Below are positions 1-10,100 of a DNA stretch of 63,089 nt, piece by piece. Numbering within the stretch: position 1 is the first letter of the stretch; each line of letters begins with the position of its first letter. The stretch is from Nemertoderma westbladi (Eukaryota > Animalia > Xenacoelomorpha), in assembly GCA_032718475.1 (NCBI GenBank), contig JAUCBJ010002818.1, positions 1 through 63,089 on the forward strand. The letters run 5' to 3'. The translations under genes were made by a program, and so were the position numbers. The notes beneath the pieces were generated by a model. It saw only the letters and a list, made by a program, of their open reading frames with translations, was not told the origin of the DNA and made no database searches.

Positions 1-775
1 GTTCACGTTGTTCGATCTCCTGTCTGCGTTGTTCGACCCGTCGTTCGACCTCTTGTTCGGCCTCTCGTTCACGTTGTTCGATCACCTGTCTGCGTTGTTC
101 GACCCGTCGTTCGACCTCTTGTTCGGCCTCTCGCTTTTGTGTTTCGGCGGCTAATACATCCTGCTCGGCTTGCAGTTGAATATACTCATCTTCCATCCGA
201 GCTTTGAGGGCTAATGCCTTCCGTTCTCGCAGTTGGTCTCGGAGTGGCTGACCCCCCTGAGAGCTATGCGCTGAGCCGGATCTCTCGCTCCTAGCGCTGG
301 AGTGCTGATTTCTAGCGGACCCCGTTCTTTTTTGATGTACTGCCGTCCTGATGCTGGAGGATCGTACTGATTCCGCGTCCGTTCTTTCAGCCCTTTTGTA
401 GTACTGTTCCTCATAGCCTCTCACAAGGCTGAGGGTCCTCCGGTGTTGTTTGCGGAACCCATCAAGATGTACAACGTGTTCTTCCAACTTGGGGTAGTTT
501 TCCTGATCGGTGGAGGGAACGAGATCTTGGTACGCCTGTATCATTCTTTCGTACCGCTGTAGGATATTTCGGATACTTTGAAGCTGAGTTTGTACCTCAT
601 TGAGGGGGGTTTTGACTCCCTTGAGTTGTTTCTCCATCCGTTGATACGCTCGGGTTACTCCGCCTTTAAGGGCCCCTAACCGACGGGTCATGTTCTTGAC
701 ATTTGGTACCTCGTCGGTTTCCGAGTCTGTGTGGTGATCCATCTCGTCGGTATCGGATACGTTATTTGTTGTCAT
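1..775 (-). CDS. BEL/Pao-type LTR retrotransposon gag N-terminus, open off the left edge
   Basis: ATG at 775 opens MTTNNVSDTDEMDHH...RRLGALKGGVTRAYQRMEK...EAEQEVERRVEQRRQ with no stop before position 1. The G-x-x-K-G-x-V-T-R motif matches the N-terminus of the BEL gag at 38460 (RGIAKGKLHRVY). A 66-bp coding tandem repeat lies at 1-134. Confidence 0.6.
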   Translation of the reverse strand, partial: MTTNNVSDTDEMDHHTDSETDEVPNVKNMTRRLGALKGGVTRAYQRMEKQLKGVKTPLNEVQTQLQSIRNILQRYERMIQAYQDLVPSTDQENYPKLEEHVVHLDGFRKQHRRTLSLVRGYEEQYYKRAERTDAESVRSSSIRTAVHQKRTGSARNQHSSARSERSGSAHSSQGGQPLRDQLRERKALALKARMEDEYIQLQAEQDVLAAETQKREAEQEVERRVEQRRQVIEQREREAEQEVERRVEQRRQEIEQRE

Positions 776-963
776 TGTAACGCCTCGTCGATGGCTAGAT
801 ACGCGATGTCGTAAAACAGTTCCTCGTAGGTATTGTACTCAGCTTGGACCACCCGAACAGTAATCCTGAATCGTCCAACGTTCGTTCCTTGTACCTCAAC
901 TTCGACGTGCCAGATTCCTGGCTCAACTTGAATTATATCAATGGGTGTGATCGATACTTCCAT
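772..963 (-). CDS. small upstream ORF (63 aa), stop overlapping the gag start
   Basis: Protein-like composition. Its TGA (774-772) overlaps the gag ATG (775-773) as ATGA. Confidence 0.3.
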   Translation of the reverse strand: MEVSITPIDIIQVEPGIWHVEVEVQGTNVGRFRITVRVVQAEYNTYEELFYDIAYLAIDEALQ

Positions 964-1594
964 TCCCTGTTAACAACTCTCCCAATATGTGATCTGCCGA
1001 CTACGAGTTGGTTAGATCGAGTTTGCTGATTAATTAAACCACGACTTTGTCTCAACTCAAATACCAGAGTTTCCTCGTAGTGGGTGCTGGCAAGCACGTA
1101 GAGAGTTTTTGAAGAGTATTGAAGGATTTTCAACTTCCACCAGTTGAAGTTGACCGTAATTATCCTTAATTTTGACACCGTGTCAAAATTAACCGCATTA
1201 ATTATTCTTAATTTTGTTGCCGTTATTCCTACACCAGGGGGAAAAAACGCCGATGCTGGAGACGTGACTTAACAGACCACCGAGCCCCGGCCAGTCACCG
1301 GATATTGATTGTGGGGAGGGAATATTTCTAAGATGCAAGTTTGCGGTTGAGAAAAGCTGCATTAGTTGGATATACTCTTTAATGTAACTTCCTATAGTTG
1401 AAAACCTGATTAAGAATAATTTTGGGCTTCCCCAAATCAATATACACCAAATATTCACAATAATTATACCCGATAATATAAATCCCTACGGTATATTATT
1501 TAATAACCCACTGTTCGCTCAGAATTTTAGCCTACCTAATGTTCCCCAGATTTTCCCTCAGTCCCAGTCTTAGTGCCGTAGTGTCGGTGTCGGT

Positions 1595-2394
1595 CGACCC
1601 TGTCGCGTGTCCGTTCCACCCCTCACGAACCCCGAAGGGAACGATCATCGAGAACCAGCCCGGCTTGGCTAAGGGTCGGTCCAGTCGGTAGACTCTGTCG
1701 CGTATCCGTACCACCCCTCTCGAACCCCGAAGGGTTCAGTCATCGAGAACCAGTACGGCTTGGCTAAGAGTCTGTCGTGTCGGTGGACCCGTTCGCGTGT
1801 CCGTTCCACCCCTCACGAACCCCGAAGGGTTCGATCATCGAGAACCAGAACGGCTTGGCTAGGGGTCCGTCAGTTCATTACAGAAACCCAACCACCTAGG
1901 CTTTCCGAGTCCGTTTCAGGCTCGTAGTCGCTTCGGCAGCCGAGAAACTGCTCCGAACAGTCGGTAGGCCAGTAGAGTCTAGTCGAGTCTAGTCCTTTGT
2001 CTTTCGACCCCATCGCGTGTCCGTTCCACCCCTCACGAACCCCGAAGGGAGCGATCATCGAGAACCAGAACGGCTTGGCTAAGGGGTCTGTCGTCGGTTC
2101 CCGTCGCAAATCCCAGTCAAGCAGTCAGCGTTCCGAGTTCTTTTCAGGCTCGTAGTAGCTGCAGTTGACCCGAGACCGCTAAGGGCAGTCCTTGTCAAAC
2201 CAGTCCTGTGGCCAGCCCTTTCGCATGTCCGTCCCACCCCTCACGAACCCCGAAGGGATCGGTCATCGAGAACCAGTACGGCTTAGGTCAGGGGGCAGTC
2301 TTAAGTTGGCCACCTGTTCGCGTGTCCGCTCCACCCCTCACGAACCCCGGGGTTCGATCATCGAGAACCAGAACGGCTTGGCTACTAAGGGGCC
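1595..2394 (-). ncRNA. array of six ~84-nt structured RNA repeats (K-turn capped by cUUCGg hairpin)
   Basis: Copies at ~1595-1678, 1690-1773, 1785-1868, 2006-2088, 2215-2296 and 2308-2394. Minus-strand core CUC-GAU-GA-U-CGAACCC-UUCG-GGGUUCG-U-GA-GGG. Closing stems covary between copies. Confidence 0.55.
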
Positions 2395-2800
2395 GTCGGT
2401 GCCCGTCGCAAATCCCTGACACAAGCAGTCAGCGTTCCGAGTTCTTTTCAGTCTCGTAGTAGCTGCCGTTGGCCAGGGACCGCTAAGGGCAGTCCTTGTC
2501 CTTTAGGCCTGGCGCATTACCAAATCCACCCCTACAGGCAGCAGGAAGTTGGCCAGGGCCTAATAGTACTCAGGCTAACCTGAATACTGCTTGCATTTTC
2601 CATCCCCCTGGCCCTTATAACTATGAAATTATTCCCGTACCCTGTAAGTTCCCCCAAAGTTCGCCCATAAATCGCCCCCAGTTTATTGAATGTGCCCAAA
2701 ACCCATGGTCCCGCACCCAGTAGTAATATCGGAATAATCAATTTTAATAAAATACAAAAATATTCAACTCGCGTTATGGAAAGTTGAAATACCGCGAACA

Positions 2801-3130
2801 TACTATTTATAAAAAACCTAAAAAATTTGCATAAATTTACAGCGCCACCTAGCGGTGCAGAATTATTTTTACAAAATTTCGCCTGATAGTTATGTTGCCC
2901 ATCTTAAATCTATCATAAAAATACTTTCATGTGATTAGATTCAAAACTGTAAAAACCTTAGGGTTTTAAGCGCAACCAAGTTTTTTCATTGTTAACTAGT
3001 ATTAAAATAAATATTAAATAGCGAAAAATAAAATTTTTCTGACCTATCATGTAGAATAACATTTTAGGTACTTATATTCCTTAATTATATCCAAAACCAA
3101 AAAATTTTGAAACGCCGAGAGTGATAAATC
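2801..3130 (-). mobile_element. internal fragment of the same MITE family as 45734-46443
   Basis: Reverse complement of ~45765-46095 (shared cagcgccacctagcggtgcagaattatt and ttttaagcgcaaccaagttttt). Confidence 0.75.
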
Positions 3131-3964
3131 AATTCGATCGAACGAAAAGTTTATTTCAAATTGTAAAACAGATTACCGAGATATTTTTTAGTTATCGCTG
3201 TCTTCCCGACTATAAGTTTGTCTGTGGGTGAACCCGGAGGTCACCAGTTCGATCCCACCTGGACGACATTGTCGACTTTGCAAAGCTGGGCCAAACAAAA
3301 AAGTCATAATAATTTGAAACCCAATCATTCACTCAAAACACCAATAATAAAATTTAAGAAGGAAGACAAACCGCCACTCAGACAGACAAACAAACAAACT
3401 TTAAACTGACGAAATCTGGAAATGAAATCACCGACCCCGAAAACCAACAAAACCAATTGATAATTGTTTTACTATGTATAAGGTAGTGTGTCGCCTTTGT
3501 TTCATAATGTTGTATCATAATGTAAATCATAATGTTTCATAATGTATATAATATACATTGAGTGAAAGTTCTTATGGGATTCATATCTCTCTTGCTATCA
3601 ATAATATCCTTTTTTAAGCCAATTAATTTTAATTAACATTAATTAATTTTGTTTCGTGTAAATATTAATTTTATTAGCACGAAATGCAAAAACTTAAAAA
3701 ATATAACTATTAATTACATTAAAAAAAATTAAAATTAAAAAAAATTAAAAATTTCAGATTAATTGAATTCCTTCAAAAAATATATTATTATATAATATTA
3801 TTATAATATATTATTATTATTATACAGTACTGAATGTATTGATATTTATATCATTGTCTTTAATCACTATAATTTAAAATTTTAGTTTTTTTTTTTCAAA
3901 AGCATTAAAACAGAGGAAACAACACAAAATAAGTCAGTTAGGTTGCTTTGCTGTCTCCATTCTT

Positions 3965-4110
3965 CTATATCCTTGGTAACTGGAATATATTAGCACTGAG
4001 TGTTTGGGATCTTTGTGCGAAAGTTTTGGAACTCAATACTGAAACCTCACCAAGAAATTTATCTTTATTGGAAAAAGTTGTAGAAGTTTCACAACGAGAA
4101 CTCATATTAC
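3965..4110 (-). CDS. GLIS3: GLIS probable last coding exon
   Basis: Acceptor ttcttatag|GT is phase 1, matching the donor at 5351. Reads [10 protein letters not shown]...FQLPRI* with TAG at 3967-3965. Confidence 0.55.
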
Positions 4111-7100
4111 CTATAAGAATTAAAAAAAACATGTTGTATAATCATAATTTATATTATTATATTATATTCAGTACTAATTTACATATTCAGAGACAATTGC
4201 GACGTGACCAGGTTGTCCAGGACAACTTTAACATTAACAACTACGGCGTCATCTGTAATAACTATTTACATACTGGTGAGTAAAGTAGCACTTTACAGTG
4301 TGATGATATCCGAGTGGCTTTGTTACACAAACGAACGTTATTGAGTGAGTGAAAATAAAGCCACGGGGATCAGAACACTGTAAAGTACTTTGCAACAAGT
4401 ATGTATGTAGTTTTATTCCAAAATTTTAACGTTACGAAATGATTGTATATATTATAAGTGATATAAACTAATTTTAACGTTACGAAATGATTGTATATAT
4501 ATTATAAGTGATAGAAACTGAACAAATTAAATTAGTTGCTGCATAAATAAATGTAAAAATGACAAAAATTATGTTATAAATAAGTTCGCTTATATTTATG
4601 GGGGCGTTTGGAGCCATATTAATAGTTAATAGCTACTAGTTATTAATAGCTACCGGTAGGTAATGTAGTAGGCAATTAATTATAAATGCCACGTATTGTT
4701 TACATGGTAACCAATGACGCCGTAACTTTACAGCTCGCCGTCATTGGTTATACATAAACAAGGGACATTACAACACCAATACAATACTAAATGTACTACA
4801 GGCCAATACAATGCTGTAATGTCATCAAAAGTTGTAAAGTGCTAAATAACAACTCGCTGTTAATACTAATGACGTTGAGTAATGTTACAATTTTGGAAAA
4901 AATACTGTTTATGTGTGTATGTTTGGTTGGTAGCCTAGCAACCAACCTATCAGCTGGTGATAGTCTAACTGTTTGGTGGGGGGGATATTTTTCTATATAC
5001 CAACATTGTATGTTTTACATGTTAAAAAAACTTCGAATAAAAAGAAACACCATCTAATTCATATATATATATCGTTGCTTTAAGACATGCTGTATTAGCT
5101 GGTGAAGTTTTGAATATTTTATCCAATGGGAAGTGATGATTATTACGTGGTAAAGTGAAATCGGGATATTCCTATTGGGCAATATTTTACTGCAGAAAGG
5201 CCATCATAATATATATTTCGATATCTTTTGTAGGCTCTTTGACTTAGGGCCTTATCCTTATGACACTTAAGCTACGATAATGATATTCAATATAAACAAA
5301 CATATACAAACATATACAAACATATACAAACATAATATAATATGTCTTACCTGTGGACAATGAGGCGCCCAATCCGCTGTCCTGGGTGTCTGTATGCACC
5401 AACGGATATTTTTTGCTTTCAGATTGGTCAGAGTTACATCCCACAGTGAGGATACTGTCCAATGGGAATGAGTTACCACTGACAGCTAAGGGTTGCATAT
5501 AGTACTGGTTTGGGTATGACTGTTGCGTAGGTTGAGGTAAGATTGTTGTATTTATTATAGGTGAAAGTTGATTGCTCTTTGTTTTCAACTATAACAAATT
5601 TAAAATGAAAGTTTGACTTGTTAGTTAAATATAATTGTATCTGTTACACAGAAAAATATTTCACACGATGTTTAACTTGACTTCCTACAGTAACATTTAT
5701 GCAATTTTATTTAATATACTGTACGGCATATTGGCGAATTTTTCACAATTTGCGATACATTAACATTACGCATAAATTCGTTGATTCTCGCCTATTCTTG
5801 CCATAATTAGGCCTATTTACTTAAAATAGATACGTAACCGATTAATATCTCATTATGAGGCACCTTTTTCCTGACTTGAAACTGCGACGATGTTTTAGAT
5901 ACAGAGGCTAATAACTGAGATGCGTTCGAGTGTAGCTTCATATGTTTACGCAAGGAACTGGGGTCAGTGTACCTTTTCGTACAGTTGGGCAGCTGACATA
6001 CATATGGTTTGCTGTCAATGTGCGTTCTCATATGTTTGGCGCGATCTAAAACGCGATATTTCAATGAAATTAGTTTAATTTTAGTATTGTGTAGTCAACG
6101 AAAACATATATAAGTCGACCACAAAAACACTGGCGCAGATAAATTAACATATGTCCATTTTTAAAAATACATAACAAAAACAAAGAAATATATAACAAAT
6201 AATTCACCAATAAATAGTTTTGAAATTTTGAAAATTTTGAACAACATTTTGAACTAACAATTTTGAAAAAAATAATAGATTTCGTAACAGATTAAAATAC
6301 ATACAAACACAAACTGTCTTAAGGCATTATGTAATTTGTTGTCGTAAATAGTTGTCTATGTAATCAATGTCACTGTACTGTACAGTGTACAGTACATACG
6401 GTAATGAATGAATTGGATTCCTTGGGATCTCTCTAGATCGGATATTAAACTTTAATTCAAAAATATATATATATTGTAATTTGTAATTAGTATTTAGTTT
6501 TTATTGGCTAATTTACCAAGCAGTAGCTCGTTCTAGGCGTGGGCATTCCTGTGCTACCAATCAAGAGGCCCCGGTTCGATGCCTTGATTGGGCAGCACTA
6601 TTTGGGTAAAGTGCTTTTAATTATGGCATCTTAGCACCACCACCCTGGCTTTCATCCTTAAGTGATCGATAAATGGAAACCAAGGCGACTTGGAAAACAG
6701 ATAGTGGAAGATAACACAGTGAACGGAGTTTAAATAAACTAAAAAATTATCCTATTCATTTACTATTTTACGTACCTGAGCTGTTACTGAACGCTTTGTT
6801 ACACATTGGGTTTGTGCATGGGTAGGGCCTTTCTCCTGTGTGGTTCCGTAAATGAATCTTAAGATTTTCCCATCTAGAAAACATCCGATTACAAGATTCA
6901 ACCTGAAATTAGTTTGAGTAATTTATTTATTAATAATTATTAATTTTAAAATAAATAATAATCAATTATTTAATAATAATTAATATTAAAAAAAAATCTT
7001 AATTGTTCATGCAGCAGTTAATTGTTGACAGACTTTGAATCTATTTTATTCAATTATCTATTGGGATATATTTCAATGACTCACGGGGCATATGTTGGGT

Positions 7101-10100
7101 CTCTCCCCACTGTGGACTCTCATGTGAACAATCAGTTTATATCGCGCGTTAAATGACTTCTGTTGCCGTTGGCAACCAGCCCATCTGCAGATGTAATTTC
7201 CATTTTTCTTCTGTGTTTCCACATGGGTGCTTTCAATGTGTGTCACAAATATTGACAATTGGTGAAATAGCTGTAACATATATAAGGTAGTATATACGTA
7301 CTAATACGTATACGTATACACATACTGTATATACAAATACGTATATATATGGTAGCTAATATTGAATTTGTAATTGAAGCGGAACAATGTGAAGATAATA
7401 ACTTCATATCGAACAAAAATTCATGTACATATTGAAATAAATGTTTGAAATAGAGAATATGAAGATATATATATTTGACTGTATTACTTCATATAACCAT
7501 TCTCAGCTGGTTTTTTTTAGTCTGCTATGTGCTTTTTCTAATGACAAACTAGACAAAGATATAAAAAGACACATAAAAGTTATATAAAAAAGAAAAACCT
7601 CACCCACCACCAGGCTACTGTACAATAATGGTGCTTAGTAAGCTTAGCTTAGCTTAGCTTAGCTGTTAATTGTAGTGCGCGCGGGAATTTCAAAATTTTT
7701 AGTTTATGCTTGTATCAGCATTTGCCAAACAGATAGAGGCTTGAGCGATGTAGCTTTGGTATCTCACTCACCTCGTAGCTCACTCACCTGGTAGCTCACT
7801 CACCTGGTAGCTCACTCACCTGGTAGCTCACTCACCTGGTAGCTCACTCGCATGGTAGCTCACTCACCTGGTAGCTCACTCGCATGGTAGCTCACTCAAC
7901 TGGTAGCTCACTCACATGGTAGCTCACTAACCTGGTAGCTCACTCACCTGGTAGCTCACTCACCTGGTAGCATTCAGACCATTTGCACAGAAATGGAGGC
8001 TTACAATCCGAACGTAATGTTGCCATGTAAACACCGCTCTGATCACCATATTCTTCATTATTTGCATTCGTGTCATTATTTATACCATCAATAAACTCCG
8101 AAGAGAAGCAGCGATTAGTCAAACTGTATACGGAAGTTCCTATGCTTGAACCAATGAGAGGAGTTTGAGTTGGGTAATCCTTTCTAGAAGATCCACTAAT
8201 TAATACAGGAGTTCGACTAAATCTAGGAGTTATGGATATAGGTTGGCATGGTAACATTGGTGTTACTGTTTGTTTTCCTACATTGTGAGACAATGTTGAC
8301 CTTTTTGATGAATTTCGATTATTACATTTACTAGAAATCCATTGTTTTGGTTGCTCTCTGTTATTGTAATTCATTTCTACAATATCCGCTCTATTGTTAC
8401 CACGTTCTACTTTATGATTGGGTATTACTGTTTTCGAATTATCATCAATATTTTCTCCATCGAGACAAGAAATTTCTCGTAGCATTTCATCGTAGCTGTG
8501 GACTCATAGTGGACCCAGTGGTCACAAGTCCCAGATAGACCATATTCTGTTTCGTAGGAAATACAGGAGCTCTATACAAGACTGTAATGCATTTACACTT
8601 CGACCCTTCTCCAGTGATCACCGCCTTATTGTGGCCAAGGTAAGACTTAGTCTGCGTGCTAGCAGAACAACGAAACCTGCCTTGCCACGACATGACTGGT
8701 CCTCTCTGTTGCAACAGCCAAGTGTGAGATCCAGCTTCACACTACAGCTGAGCAACAGGTATGAGGCTCTTGCCTCTGAGGCGGCAGATCACTGTGAGGG
8801 CTATACTGCCTTTACAGAAGCAGTTAAGTTAGCAGCTGCAGAAACAGTTCCTGTATACCCTCGAAACAGGAAAAGGGCCCCCTGGACTGACAACAAAATT
8901 CAGAAGTGCCGAAATGACCTTCATAAGGCGCAGAAAGAGTCCCGACTCAAACAGACTACAGCGGCCAAGAATGCAGTTAAAGCTGCATCTAGGTCCCTGA
9001 ACAGGCAGTACTCTGTTAATCTACAGGAGCTAATAAACCAACAGGTTGATGCCATCAATGATGCTGATGACAGCAGGCAATCATCCCAGGCATGGAAATC
9101 GATCAATCTGCTTACTGGGCGGAAAAGCCAACCAACCACCAAGGTTAAGGCTGAATCACCAGCCGATCGCCTTAATGGTTGGAAAGCCCACTTTGAAAAG
9201 CTCCTCAATAATGACAGGGTATTGCCTGATAACTTTATAGAAGTAAAAGTGTCTGAGTCTGTACTCCCAGATATTCCCATTGGCGATATCTCCTTTGCAG
9301 AAGTGAAGGCTGCTGCAAAGAGCATTAAGACCAATCGTGCCAGTGGAGTAGATGGTGTTCCCCCTGAGGTCTTTAAAATACCTGAGTGTTTAAAGCTCAT
9401 CTATCCCATCATAGTAGACATGTACCGTACAACAAGAGTCCCACAAGAAATGAAAACAAATAAGTTGGTGCCAGTTCCCAAGAAGGGCAACCTAACACTC
9501 TATGGTTCTTTTCGGGGAATCTCATTGATCTCGATTGCTGCAAAACTATACAATAGAATTCTATTAAATCGCATCAGGGATCCCATTGAGAGACTGCTAC
9601 GTGGAAATCAGAATGGGTTCCGTAAAGGTCGTGGGACCATGGAGCCCATTTTGGCACTTAGAAGGATAATTGAAGAGTTATCAAAAAAGAAAGACAGGCA
9701 TCTGGCTGTTATCTTTGTTGACTTCTTCAAGGCCTTTGATTCAGTCTCTCGCTCACGTATGTTCAGCATACTTTCATTATATGGGATTCCTGATGAAATT
9801 ATTGCAGCAATCAGATCAGTATACGATGGTTCGACAACATTTGTGTCTACTGTTGACGGTGACACAGAACCATTTGAAGTGTTATGGGGCGTCCTCCAAG
9901 GAGTCACACTTGCACCATTCTTGTTCATTATTGTGGTTGACTATGTTCTACGCATGTCCTTAGATCATCATAATGATGATGGGGTGATGATAACTCCACC
10001 TACTGGCTCCAGAAGTCGAGGAAATCCTGCCAAGTACCTAACTGATCTAGACTTTGCTGATGACTTAGGAGTACTCTCAGAATCATTAGAGGGAGCCCAG

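Noticed and set aside
1595-2394. Hammerhead/twister ribozyme or SECIS
   Set aside because: CUCGAUGA is not CUGAUGA and no GAAA core follows. No twister consensus. The apical stem is too short and lacks the AAR loop of SECIS.
3217-3292. tRNA gene (GTTCGATCC B box)
   Set aside because: No cloverleaf or clear A box. At best a SINE head remnant.
4255-4765. Imperfect hairpins and a 46-bp duplication in the last GLIS intron
   Set aside because: Probably degraded MITE sequence. Ends and TSD could not be defined.
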